From positions 208,508,001 to 208,572,000 of the forward strand of contig NC_058368.1 of NCBI RefSeq assembly GCF_018350175.1: a DNA stretch of 64,000 bases, read 5' to 3'. This DNA comes from Felis catus. Its lineage: Eukaryota. The notes under the pieces were generated by a model, which did not search any database, was not told where the DNA came from, and saw only the letters and a list, made by a program, of their open reading frames with translations. Every line of letters begins with the position of its first letter. Within the stretch, counting starts at the first letter, position 1. The position numbers were made by a program, and so were the translations under genes. Positions 36,344 to 49,639 of this stretch are shown here, one piece after another.

Positions 36344-38304
36344 GTAAAGAGATACTACCAAGCTATATTAATCAAAACAGTATGGTACTGGCACAAAACA
36401 AGACACATAGATCAATAGAACAGAATAGAAAGCCAAGAAATAAACCCATAATTATATGGTCAATTAATCCTTGACTAAGGAGGCAAGAATATGCAATGGG
36501 AAAAAGTCTCTTCAACAAACAATATTGGGAAAACTGGACTGCTATATGCAAAGAATGAAACTTGACCACTTGCTTACACTATAGACAAAAATAAACTCAA
36601 AATGGATTAAGGACCCAAATATGAGGCCTGGGACTATAAGAATCCTAGAAGGGAGTACAGGTAGTAATTCCCTGACATTGGCCATAGCAACATTTGTCTA
36701 GCTATGTCTCCTGAAACAAGAAAACAAAAGCAAAAATAAACTTTTGGGGCTACATAAAATAAAGAGCTTCTGCACAACAAAGGAAACCATCAACAAAACT
36801 AAAAGACAACCACCTGAATAGGAGAAGATATTTGCAAATGACTTATCCAATAATGGGTTAGCATCCAAAATACATAAAGAACTTATACAACTCAACACCC
36901 AAAACACAAATAATCCAATTAAAATAGGCAGAAGACATGAGCAGATAGTTCTGCAAAGAAGATATACAGATGGCAAATAGACACATGAAAAGATGCTCAG
37001 CATCACTCATCATTAGGGAAATGCAAATCCGAATGACAATGTGACATCACCTTACCCACCAGAATGGCTAAAATCAGTAACACAAGAAACAAGTGTTGGT
37101 GAGGATGTAGAGAAAAAGGAACCCTCATATACTGCTGGTGGGAATGTAAAGTGGTACAGCCACTGTGGAAAACAGTATGGAGGTTCTTCCAAAACTTAAA
37201 AATAGAATTGCCATAAAATTCTGTAATTCCACTATGGGATATTTACCCAAAGAATACAGAAACACTAATTCAAAAAGATATATGCGCCCCTATGTTTATT
37301 GCAGCATTATTTACAATAGCCAAATTATGAAAGCATCTCAAATGTTCATCAACAGATGAATGGATAAAGAAGTGGTATATATACACAATGGAATATTACT
37401 CAGCCATTAAAAAAAGGAAATCTTGCCATCTGTAGCAACATGGATGGACCTAGAGGGTATAATGCTAAGTGAAAGAAGTCAGAGAATGACAAATACCATA
37501 TGATTTCACTCATATGTGGAATTTAAGAAACAAAACAAACAAACAAAGAAAAAAAGAGACATACCACAAAACAGACTCAACTATAGAGAACACATAGAGA
37601 ATAAACTGATGGTTACCAGAGGGGAGGTGGGTGGGGAATAGGTGAAAAAGGTAAAGGGGATTAAGAGTGCACTGACCTTGATGAGCACGGAGTCACATAC
37701 AGAACTGCTGAATCACTATATTGTACCTCTGAAACTAATATAACACTGCATGTTAGCTATACTGGAATTAAAAGAAAAATAAATAAGAAAGAAGATACTA
37801 CTAAGCAACATTTAAGTGTAACTGCAAATCAGATAGGAAGTTACTAAAAACATGGAATTTTATGGCACGGAAAGCACATACATTTCAACATCAGTAGGAT
37901 GCAGTTAAAGCAGTGTTTAGAGCACTAGTGAAATCTTTAAATATATGTAACAAAAAATAAAAAAGATGGAAAGTGAGCTAAGTATTCAACTCAGGAAGAC
38001 AAAGAGTAATAGAGCATACATCAAGAAGAAGGAAAAAATAAGAAAAATACGGGGTGTAAACAGTGAGAGAGGCAAAGAAAGAGAATAATGATAGGAAAAA
38101 TGAAAACTGGTTTTTTGAAAAGTTCATTAGATTGATTAAATGTGGGGAGGGAATTGCAAATAATTTAAAGAGAGAATGAATATAATGATAGAAATCTGTT
38201 TTTTAAATTCTTAATAAAAACAACTAAAAGCCAACATACTTGAAATATATATATTAGTACAAAACTAGGTAATAGAACGATAGACAGATGGATAGCTATT
38301 ATGA

Positions 38305-38480
38305 CAGTGGTTCTCAAAATGTGGTCCCACGATCAGTATTAGCATCACCACCTGGGAAATTCTGAAAAATGCATATTCTTGTGCCCCTTTCCAGATCTAC
38401 TGAATCAGAAACCGGGAGCGGGGTCCGGAGTCTGAATTTTAACATGCTTCCCCTTCTCACCCCAGGTGGTTGAGACCTGC
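38305..38480. mobile_element. MER5A hAT MITE
   Basis: CAGTGGTTCTCAAAATGTGGTCCC...GCATCACC...CTACTGAATCAGAAAC. Confidence 0.85.
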
Positions 38481-38539
38481 TAGAGCTTGAGTACAGATGC
38501 TATGGGGGAAAAAGAGGGGAATGGCATGTAGTGAAGGAT

Positions 38540-38800
38540 ATTTGTTATTTTTGAAAGAATTAAGGAAGGCTTCATCGATATGGGTGACTTTAGAGTAGAG
38601 CACCTGAAAGAGATAAGGGACAGAATAAAGCAGACATATGAGTAAAAAGTGTTCTAAGCAGATAGAATGGCAAGTGCAAAGGCCCTGCATGAGGCAGGAT
38701 CATAATGTGTCCAAGGAAAAGCAAAGAGGTCAGTGTAGCTGCAGCAGGTGAGCCAGGGAGAGAGTACCAGAAAACAAAGTTAGAAAATTAGAAAGGTAAC
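38540..38800 (-). mobile_element. L2 fragment
   Basis: AGGAAGGCTTC...GCAAGTGCAAAGGCCCTG...GAGGTCAGTGTAGCTG antisense L2 signature. Confidence 0.75.
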
Positions 38801-40943
38801 ATGGGAAGGGCCTGGGGGACAGATCCTATTAGACCTATACCTGATTAACTCACTAGATGAAAACATTTCCCTTCACCCCAGCGGGACTTTGGTGGACCAG
38901 CTAATCTCATTCCATAAGGACTCCTGAAATCATCTGCCACAGAAATAATTTTATGGGGGGAATTGATTACAAAAGGATGAAAGAATGGAGAAACCACACA
39001 TATGGGTCAAACATACACGGGGCAAACCTATACGGGGCATCTCAGAACTCCCCCAAATCTCCCACCCCAGCAGCCTGATTCCTGGCCAGGCTGTCCATGG
39101 GTGTCCTTGGGGCAGTTCTTGGTTGCCACACTATCTGGATGAGCTCTTGCCCCTCACTTCTAAGGAATGGCAGGAATTTTCAACAAGGTTGCTTATTCTT
39201 CCTTCATCTAGGAGAGAAGGCAAAATTACTTCTAGAAGTAGTAGCAAGCTGACCCAGAGGGCAGAATGTTCTTTAAATTCCCCCTTTCTGGGCACCACCC
39301 CTTTCTTCTCATCTTCTCCATGACAGTTTGGTTGACGGTAACTCACATTTCTATGGCTCTCTGGGGTCACAGTCAGTCGGGTGGGAAACAGCAGCAGCGG
39401 GCGGATTCCAGTTCTCACAGAACTGTCAGCCTTAGTTTTTCTTTGCTGAGAAGCAGCAAACCTCATGGTTAATTAAGAGCAGAGACGGGGCAGAGAGATG
39501 GGCCCAGATGCCAATTCTGGCTTTGCAGGTTACAGGCTTGGACAAGCCAGTTAACAGAGCCTCTTTCTCTGGGTCTTTAAAACTAGTCTATCAAATTGAC
39601 CTCACTGAACCTTTCAGAACTGAAAGTAGACAGCATGCATAGAGCCTAGTACTTTGCCTCGCACACATATTCAGTAACTGTAGAGCTGTTGTCATCACTG
39701 AATTTATTATCTTTAATGGCACACCCCAAGTCAGACCCCAGCACTCTGACGATGGGAGGGTCCTGTTTTCCTTGTGCACAAATCCTGGACCCATTTATAG
39801 CCTCAGACCCATGTATAGCATTCTACAGCATTCTTGTCAGTTCTTCTCTCCATTGCTGGTGGGGCTGGAGTGAAGGGCGGAGGGAACCAGGAGAACCCCT
39901 GCAGACTGGCTTTCCTCAGTCTCTCAGGACAGAGGGGGGTGGCACCTGGGGGGAGTCAGGGCACCTCTCCCCTTCCTGTTCAGACTTGGGTGGCATATCT
40001 TGCAGAGGCTGCATTTCCTCTGTGGCTTCGCCTCCTGCCTGACAATCCCTGGCCTCCTCGGAGTGATACTGATCCCTAGGCTTTGGTAACATTGCTTCTT
40101 TCCTTTGTCCATATCATTTAGGGAGTGGCCATGAGTTTTCTGCTCTTTCTTATCTTTGGGTTACTTCTACTCTTTGTTTAGTTTCCCCAATCGTCTACCC
40201 CTTTGCAACTGTTCCCTGAATTTGATTCTTTCTGTGGTAATATCTAGACTGGTTTCCATATTCCTGGCTAGACAGATATGCATGTGTTCTCATGAACATT
40301 TGCTTCCTTATTTGGGCTTGCTCTGAATCTTCCATTCCTTCTTGACTACTTGGAGAAACAAGTAACAACAGCAAAACCAACCCTAGCTCCTGAGCAAAGC
40401 CCTCAGTACATTTATTTTAGGCTTTCCCTTAGCCCTGCCACAGCTAAAAATGATGAGCTTTCCCTTGTCCCCAACTGTGACCTAAACTAGGGTTAATCGT
40501 GGAGCAAGTAGAGAGACCAATAGACTGGCAGGAATATTTGTACTCAATACTAGAACAATAGGTAGAGAAAGTATGACTTATACAAAATGGAAAAGGCTTT
40601 CTTGGCATTGAAAAATGCCAGGTTCCTGATTTCAACTTACTACAAAGTTAAAGTAATCAAAACAGTGGTACTGGCATAAGGATAGACATATAGAGCAATG
40701 ATTGAATAGGATCAATAGCCCGGAAATAAACCTTCACATTTTTGTTCAGTTGATTTTCAACGAGGGTGCCAAGAACATTCAATGGGGAGAAGACTCTCTT
40801 TTCAAACAAAGGTGCTGGGAAAACTGAATACCCAATTGCAAAAGAACGGAGTTGGACTCTCCCTTCACACCATATGCAAGAGTTAGCTCAAAATGAATCC
40901 AAGACCTAAATTTAAGAGCTGAAACTGTAAAACTCTTAGAGGA

Positions 40944-41174
40944 GGGGCATCTGGGTCACTCAGCTGGTTAAGCATTCTACTTCAGCTCAGGTCACGATCT
41001 CCTGGTTCATAGGTTTGAGCCCCACATCGGGCTCTGTGCTGACAGCTCAGAGCCTGGAGCCTGCTTTGGATTCTGTATCTCCTTCTCTGTCTGTCCCTCC
41101 CCTGCTCACCCTCTGTTCCTCTATCCTTCAAAAATAAATAAACATTTAAAAAAATTTTTAAAAAATAATAAAAA
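40944..41174 (+). mobile_element. Carnivore SINE
   Basis: TAAAACTCTTAGAGGA on both flanks. Confidence 0.96.
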
Positions 41175-41911
41175 TAAAACTCTTAGAGGAAACATAGGAA
41201 AATCTTCATGACTTTGGATTGGACAATGTTTTCTTATACGTGACACCAAAGCACAGGCACCAACAAAAAAATAAATAAATTAGACTTCATTAAAATTAAA
41301 AACTTTTGTGCATCAAATGACACTGTTATAAGAGTGAAAATATGCCCCACAGAAAGAAAATATTTGCAAATCGTATATTTGATAAGGAATTAATACCCAG
41401 AAGACAGAAAGAACTCCTACAATTCAATAAAAAGACAAAAATTTAAAAACAGACAAAGGACTTGAGTCAACACTTTTCCAAGGAAGATATAAATGGCCAA
41501 TAAACACAAGAAAGAAATGTTCCATATCATTAGTCATTAGGGCAAAACAAATCAAAACCATGATGGAATGGAAAATAAGTGTCGGTGAGGATGTGGAGAG
41601 ATTAGAACCCTTGCACATTGCCAGTGGGAATGTAAAATGGTGTAGTCACTGTAGAAAAGCCTGGTATTTTTGCAAAAAGTTAAACATAAAACTACCATAT
41701 GATCCACCAGTTTCTCCCCTAGGTATATACCTGAAGGAACCGAAAAGAGGGGCTCCAACAGATTATTTGCTTGCCAGTGTTCATAGTAACATTATTTACA
41801 ACAGCCAAAAGGCAGACACAACCCACCTCCATCAACAGATAAATGCGTAAACAAAATGGGGTATTTACATGCAATGGAATATTATTCAGTGATAAAAAGA
41901 AACAAAATTCT

Positions 41912-42098
41912 GGGGCGCCTAGGTGGCTCAGTCAGTTAAGTGTCTTGACTCTTGATTTGGGCTCAGGTCATGATCTCATAGTTCGTGAGATCGAGTCCCA
42001 CACTGGGCTCTGTGCTGACAGCATGGAGCTTCACTGGGATTCTCTCTCTCCCTCTCCCTCTCTCTCTCTCTTTAAAAATAAATAAACTGAAAAAAAAA
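41912..42098 (+). mobile_element. Carnivore SINE
   Basis: AAAGAAACAAAATTCT on both flanks. Confidence 0.96.
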
Positions 42099-43799
42099 GA
42101 AACAAAATTCTGATACATGCCACAATACGGATGAACCTTGAAAATATTATGCTAAGTGAAAGAAGCTAGGCATGAAAAGGACAAATAATATATGATCTAC
42201 TTATATGAAATATCTAGAATAAGAAAACTCAGAGAAACAGAATGTAAATTAGAGTTTATGAAAGGCTGGAGGGAAAAGAAAATGGCAAGTTTGCTTAAGA
42301 GGCGTAGAGTTTCTATTGACAGTGATCAAATTTTTTAGGGATAGGTAATGCTGATGGTTGCACAACATGGTGAATGTAATTAAGGCCACTGAGTTGTACA
42401 TTTAAAAATGGCAAATTTTATGTTATATGTATTTTATCACAATAAAAAAAAATGAGGTCTGTTAGGCTGATGGACTGGATGTGAACTGAGATAAAAGTGA
42501 TTTATATGAATTTCATGATCGCCCATCCCTGCAATCCCTGCTGAGTCTCACAGGGTCAGCTCTGCACTCTTCTCTCCCAGGTAGGTGTCTTGATTCAAGT
42601 CTATAATTGAGGATTTTTGTACAGAGAGGAGGTGCAGGCTTCTGGGAAAGTTGTGATGTGTATGAAGAAGGAGCGGGGGCACTCAACAGGATAGAAGCAT
42701 GCCGTTTTGGGGATAGAGAGGAAGAGGGTTTCAGCTGCTGCTGTGAGGAGAAATTTGGGGGGAAAAGGCAAGATGTCTAAAGTGGTTAGTAGGCACCCTT
42801 TAAGAAAATCTATAATAATGACGGCTCTTATTTTTCAAGGAAGGTCAGATCAGGATTGCTATTTCTTTGAATGCAACACTGTAAGGACAGAGCTACAAGG
42901 AATGTTTGATTTGTGCAATCTATGTGCACCACAGACAAATGGACATTTGTCCCCAGAAGGAGGCGGCCCAGCCCCACCCCATCTGTAACATTTTTAACCA
43001 ATAAATTCAGGGCTTCATATCTCTAAGTACTAGAGGCAAGACTGCTGCCAACAACAACAAAAATGTTCCTTCAGGAACATTTGTGAAGCAAAATTCACTT
43101 GTCAGACACCATTTTGCTCTCAGGGGCACACTTTTCAGTGTTAACATTCCAAGAATTCTAGTAGTTGCTTTCCAAATTTGCTCCAAACTCAGGTTTCTTT
43201 CCTGACAGGCCCTCCCACCCACAAACACACATTCATTCTTGTTTCGGCCTTTGACCTGTCCTTTCCCCAGATCTGTGACATTCTCCCACCTGGAATATCC
43301 TATTCAGATAAACCCCACCCAGCCCTGAAACCCCCATCCCTCTTGAAACCCTCTCCAGACCCCAAGTTGCAGCTGCAGTGATGTCTCCTTCCCCTGATCT
43401 CCTCTAGTCATCATCTTTTCTATGTCACATCTTAGCCCTTAGTAATGTTCTGATTCCTATTGTTCCTTCACTGGTACCAGGACAGCCTGTCATTCCCTTG
43501 CAGGTAAGGCCGACAGCAAACATTTATAGAGCTTTTGAAACAGACTGTAGCCTACCACTATGCCAGGCATATGAGAGGTACTCAGTGGATTTGTTTCTTT
43601 GCTTTGAGTTGGTCCACATGGTCTTGCCTTTTCTTAATCTTTACCCTCACACCACGACCACCACATACATGTTTCTTTTCTCTCCTGGTTCCTCATTTTT
43701 AATTGTATAATATGAGGTCTTGTCGCATACTGCAGGTTGCTCTGTAAAGTGATTTGCCAGGGGCAGGTGTTATTAACTATGCCAGGACAGTTCCTGGAG

Positions 43800-44280
43800 T
43801 TGGCTTTCTGACAGCCAGTCTTTCACCTTCCTTGTTGGCAGAGCCCCAGTTTTGTCTGGGTACCAATGTGCTCACCCCAGGAGATGAGTGTAACTGGTCT
43901 AAACCATTTATAAGGGCTTATTCCGCTTTACCTGCAAAGCTAGTAGCAGTCAGGTGACCAAATTCTAGGTCAGGTGACTCAATAAGATATAAGTCAGTTG
44001 GAGGTTTCTGGGAAAAGATTTTCTTCTTGAAAAAGCAGCCAGTCACAGAATGAAAGCTCTTTGCCTTCTTCTCTCCCTTTCTGTTTAAAAGGACGGCATG
44101 AAAAGATTCTGGAGGCCCAGCAGCCATCTTGTAACCATGAGAGAAATGTAGTTCACAAACAGAGGCTAGCAGAGAGCCATCTGGATGGAGCGTGGCAACT
44201 TACCTTGGAACCTTTTCTTTTTTAGCTTTTTGGTGTGAGAAAAATGCATACCTAAATTAATTGCAAATGCCTGTAGTGTT
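43800..44280 (+). mobile_element. Old MaLR LTR (MLT1J/K-like)
   Basis: GCAGAGCCCCAGTTTTGT...TTTCTGGGAAAAGATTTT...GCAGCCATCTTGTAACCATGAG. Confidence 0.65.
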
Positions 44281-45584
44281 ACCCTCACTTTTTGCTCCAG
44301 ACCTTTAAGAGCAGCCCAGGTGGGCCTGGCTAATGACCACAAATCCAGTGTGCAGCTCTCCTCTCTCCTTCTGCTCCCCTTCCCTCCTCCACCCTGTAAA
44401 GCTGAAAGATAGAACCTTGGGACGTGATGGACATGAATTCAAACAGAGCCTAGCTCTGTGACGTTCCTGACAAGGTCAGCTATTTACAAGCTAGACGTTA
44501 TTCTAAGAACTAATGAAATCACCAGGAATGTTTTGAGACCTCAGACTCAACAAACTTGAGACTTTTTTTGGACTTATCAAACCTATTACAAAAAATGCAC
44601 TTGTGATAAGCACTATGAATTGAACCATCTGGTCATGTAAACTTGCAGAATGATAAGTAAGGGTGGAGGAGAAAGTGGAACAAGGGTGTAAGAGGAGATT
44701 TTGGTCTTGTTTCCATTTGATCTTTAATGTCTTCTTTTGCTTAAATTATTAATAGTGAGGTCCTTTTGCTTTTGCTTTTTTAACAGATTTCTTCTCCTCA
44801 TTAAGGTGATGATCTCAAATTTGGAGAAGCCAAGAACTGTTTAGCCTCGAACAATTTTTCTTTAGAAACATAAAACCAAGGACCTTCTGACCTGGCACAT
44901 CAAGAGTTATTTGACAATAATTAAAAACCCCATAATATCTTCCTTGACTTACCCATAAACAGCCCAGGCTGTGCACTCTGATAGCTAATCTTTGATAGGT
45001 TTATTCCTCTGCCTACATGAGGGAAGTATTTTTCTTCTCCAAGTACTAATCAACTGGCAGCTAGTGAAAGACAGTGTCCCCAACACCCACACACGCCAAA
45101 GGGATTTTTTTAGTACTTTGCAAATCAAAAGCTTTTAAATCACGTTTAATAAAGGGAAGTTTTAAGACTTTTATATGGAGCTTTTATGTTTTTTTAAACA
45201 TTCTTTTGGAATAAGATTCAATCTTTGGCACACTAAAGATGTACCTCAAGTATAAACTACAACCATTTGTATTATTTGAGGAAATGAGTACTTTTGCTGA
45301 ACTATAAGGCTATTTCAGAACCTAGTGAGGAGTCTTGGTGTAAGGGAGTAGAGAGGGGTGCTTTTGAACAATTCACATAGCCAGGATCCCAATCAACAAG
45401 TGAGTAATAGAAACAAGGATTCAGTTCACAGAAGGGCAAATACAAATAACTGAACACTAAAATGTTCAGAAACCTTGCATTCTAAAAAAAAAAAAAAAAA
45501 AAGAAAGAAAGAAAAAAAGTAAATTAAAATGACAAAATGAGATACAATTTTTTACCTATCAAATTTTGGAAGAATTAAATGTAA

Positions 45585-45683
45585 ATATATATATGTATGT
45601 GTGTATATATATGTATATATGCATATATATATATATACACACACACACATATACATATCATACACACACACACACATATATAT
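45585..45683. repeat. Compound (TA)/(TG)/(CA) microsatellite
   Basis: Direct read. Confidence 0.95.
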
Positions 45684-46232
45684 CAACATCAAATACAGGA
45701 TTGTGATAAAAAGGTATAAATTGGTACATTTCTGGCAAGATATTTGGCCATTTCCATCAAGAATGTTTAAAATACCCATACTTTTTTTTTTTTTTTTACC
45801 CAGGATTAATTTCTAGGAATCTTCATGTAGTAGACAAGGATTTAGGTGATGCTCTGCTCACAATACCACCCTGGTGGCTGTGTGTGTATGTGCATGTATA
45901 TTTGTGTGTGTCCCTTACCTATTGTTTGATTTGGGTCTGACCTCAGCCAGTCAGAACTCCTCCCAGGCTCCTTCCAATAATCCCATTTTTGCATAACTAG
46001 CCAGAGTTGTGAATATACTTTAAAAATATTTATATTCCTTGATATAATGTTTCTACTTTTAGGAATCTGGTCTATGAAATTAGTCTGAAATTTGGACACG
46101 AAGAATACCAGGGTTATTTATAATATCACAAAGCAAAAAAATCTAAGTGCTCAAAGGCTGGTGAATAATTAGTAAATTATAATTCAGACATACAAATTAA
46201 AAATTATGAAGCCATTTAAAACTAGGTTTCCA

Positions 46233-46459
46233 GGGGCGCCTGGGTGGCGCAGTTGGTTAAGCGTCCGACTTCAGCCAGGTCACGATCTCGCGGTCCGTGA
46301 GTTCGAGCCCCGCGTCGGGCTCTGGGCTGATGGCTCGGAGCCTGGAGCCTGTTTCCGATTCTGTGTCTCCCTCTCTCTCTGCCCCTCCCCCGTTCATGCT
46401 TTGTCTCTCTCTGTCCCAAAAATAAATAAACGTTGAAAAAAAATTAAAAAAAAAAACAA
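46233..46459 (+). mobile_element. Young feline SINE (SINEC_Fc-type)
   Basis: Nearly identical to 13038-13262; AAACTA(G/T)GTTTCCA on both flanks. Confidence 0.97.
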
Positions 46460-46597
46460 ACTATGTTTCCAAAGACATTTTAATGACATGAAGAAATGCT
46501 TATGATGTAATGTCAGGTGAAAAATAAAATTGTATAAAATTATAAATATAGCACGATGTCAACCACATGTTATATATACATGTGCTTTAAAATGAAC

Positions 46598-47502
46598 AGA
46601 GAATATGCAATGGGAAAGAGAGTCTCTTCAATAAATCATGCTGGGAAAACTGGACGGTGACATGCAAAAGAATGAAATTGGACCACTTTCTTACACCATA
46701 CATAAAACTAAACTCAAAATGGATTAAAGACTTGAATGTGAGACCTAAAACCATAAAAATCATAGAGGAGAACACAGACAGTAACCTCTTTGATACTGGC
46801 TGTGATGACTTCTTTCTAGATATGTCTCCTGAAGCAAAGGAAACAAAAGCAAAAATAAATTACTGGAATTACATCAAAATGAAAAGCTTCTTCACAGCAA
46901 AGGAAGGAAGCAATCAACAAAACTAAAAGGCAACCTACTGAATGGGAGAAGATATTTGCAAATGACATATCTGATAAAGGGTTAGTATCCAAAATATATA
47001 AAGAACTTATACAACTCAACACCCAAAACACAAATAATCCAATTAAAACAGGCAGAAGACATGAGCAGACAGCTCTCTAAAGAAGACGTATAGATGGCCA
47101 ACAGACACATGAAAAAATGCTCAACATCACTCGTCATCAGGGAAATGCAAGTCAAAACTATAATGAGATATCACCTCACACCTATCAGAATGGCTAAAAT
47201 CAACAACACAAGAAACAACAGGTGTTGACGAGGATGCAGAGAAAGGGGAACCCTCTTGCACTGTTGGTGGGAATGCAAACTGGTGCAGCATTCAGAAAAC
47301 AGTAGGGAGGTTCCTCAAAAGCTAAAAATAGAAATAACCCTATGATACAGCAACTGTGCCACTAGGCATTTACACAAAGGATACAAAAATACAGATTCGA
47401 AGGGATACATGTACCCCTGTTTATAGCAGCATTATTTACAACACCTAAATTATGGAAACAGCCCAAGTGTCCATCAATTGATGAGTGGATAAAGAATATG
47501 TA

Positions 47503-47536
<34 letters not shown>

Positions 47537-47975
47537 CACGCAATGGAATATTATTCATCCATAAAAAAGAAATCTTGCCATTTGCAATGAAACGGATAAA
47601 GCCAGAGAGTATTATGCTAAATGAAATAAGTCGGTCAGAGAAAGACAAATACCATATGATTTCACTCACATGTGGAATTTAATAAACAAATGAGCAAATG
47701 GAAAAAAGAGAGAGAGAGGGAAGGGGGGGAGAGAGAGAGAAAGAGAGAGAGAGAGAGAAATTAAGAAACAGACTCCTAATTACAGAGAACAAATTGATGG
47801 TTACCAGAAGGGACATAAGTAGGGGGATAGGTTAAATAGATGATGGGGATTAAGGAGTGCACTTATGCTGAGCACCGAGTGTTGTATGGAAGTGTTGAAT
47901 CACTATATTGCACACCTGAAACTAATATAACACTGTATGTTAACTAACTGGAATTAAAATAAAAACTTAAACAAA
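46598..47975 (+). mobile_element. 5'-truncated carnivore L1 inserted into an older L1ME-like 3' end
   Basis: ORF2 C-terminal remnants ([22 protein letters not shown]), 3' UTR with (GA)n; old L1 tail resumes near 48000-48130. Confidence 0.93.
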
Positions 47976-49639
47976 AGAGAAACTTCCCCAGGGAAAAGAG
48001 TGAGCAGAGAGAAATGCAACAAAACAGTTATCCATGGTAGTAACATTGAGTGATTCTGGTGTTCTTTTATCCTTTTTCAATTTCCAAATTTTCAACAATG
48101 TACATCTATTACTTTTATAGTCAGAAAAAATAGATCTTATTTTAAGAAATTAGAATTAGGTAAAAACTTTGTTTTACTTGCATTCACCCACAGTGAATGA
48201 AATGCAGTTCAATTGGACAACGTGGGGCAGTGGCAACCAGCTAGCTTCACATTAAAGTCACTTGGGGCACTTTTATCTATTTACCATTTTTTGTTTGACG
48301 ATGACTTTATTTTCTAAAGACAAAGATGAGCTAAGTTCACCATGTGCTCACTAAAAAGCATTAATGTTTCATCAGGTTCCTGACATCTTGCTCCCATCCC
48401 CCCTCACAGCTGGGCCACGTGCCTGCCACCTGCAGGCTCAGTCCCACTGCTGTCACGTGGGCCAATCCTGGCTTTGGAAGCAAGGGCTGAACTAGGCTCC
48501 ATATGACACTGAGGGTCTAAGCATTAAGCCTTACTACTGGCTACTGCAGACATTATCTGGGTCCAGTAATTTGCTTTGCCCTGACTAACCATCTGACTCT
48601 CTTTTGCTCCGTACCACAGCCTTTCCACATCTAGGGCTTGGTATGTCTCTCCCATTTCATTTTCTCTTTCTCTACCACAAAGTTTAGGATCCACTAATAA
48701 GCTTTCCAGGTGCTTCTTACCTGTCAGATTGCATGTTAGGCCATGGGGAGCTTCAAAATTACACCCTATGCCCAAATGACTCTAATCTAATTCATTGGTG
48801 GGGAGAAGGAAGACTGGAATCAGCATTTGGAAAGCTCCCCAGGTGACTATTATGGAAAAGCCAGGGCCTAGGACCACTGGTTTCTTTGGATTAAATCTGT
48901 ATAGTTAAAGCCTGCTAAGTATGAAGGGTTCAAAGGAATGATTAAAACTGATGAAAATAGTTCTCTGTCCATTCTGGCATGGTTATCTACCTCCTCCATG
49001 ACTTTAGCTAGTTTCTCTACCCCTATAACTAGAACCATTTCTGGCTCCCAAGCTCCAGGCTGTATTTCCATACTCCCACTGACCATCCACAAGTCTCCCC
49101 ATAGATCTGTAACTCCCCATGTCCCAGACTGGCTAGTTAGTCCCCTCTCCCTGGCCTCTCTCACCATGCTATGTCACATCAATGATGACACCACCACCCA
49201 TGCTACTCCCAAGCTCAACATCTCTGATTCATCTCTAACTTATTCGTTTATCCGTGATAGCAAATTCTATGGAACACGGGTCATAAATATATTAGCTTTC
49301 AAAAGTCAGTCTGGAGAAGGAAATGCAAGAGTCTGGGTGTGATACAGAAAAAAAGAGAATACATTCAAGATCAAAATGCATTCAACACTCAATTTGTAAA
49401 ACACTGCAGGTCAATGCCTCACTTTATGGATGGCGTCTCTCCCTCATCTGTATCTCTTTCCCGACTCTATCTTCTCTTCTTCTTTCTTTCTGCCACATAG
49501 ACCCTTGTTGTTTCTTACCTGAGCTACTGGGACAGCCTGACTTCCGTGTGTCCTCCACAGTAATGCCCAAGTCCTCACTACCCAGACTACTAGTCTGACC
49601 TTAGAGCCTGTCTGCCCAGGTGTGACTCCCACCTCCACC

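Larger units (their letters stand above)
32432..37790 (+). mobile_element. Near full-length inactive carnivore L1 with internal deletion and four SINE insertions
   Basis: 5' UTR starting GACTTCTGAGGAAGATGG; ORF1 remnants (about 33900-34790); RT remnants ([15 protein letters not shown], degenerate FADD); 3' UTR and A tail; AAAGAA(A/G)ATACT on both flanks; many stops and frameshifts. Confidence 0.95.
31640..38240 (+). mobile_element. Highly degraded ancient L1M (ORF1 and endonuclease remnants) hosting younger insertions
   Basis: TTCACAAAAATTGGATACATTCTTG (TKIDHIL-like) before, and GGATGCAGTTAAAGCAGTGTTTAGAG (WDAxKAVLRG-like) after, the nested L1. Confidence 0.6.
40618..42452 (+). mobile_element. 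L1MB-like 3' portion with two SINE insertions
   Basis: GTAATCAAAACAGTGGTACTGGCATAAG...GATGAACCTTGAAAATATTATGCTAAGTGAAAGAAG...GATGGTTGCACAACA...AATAAA and A tail. Confidence 0.9.
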
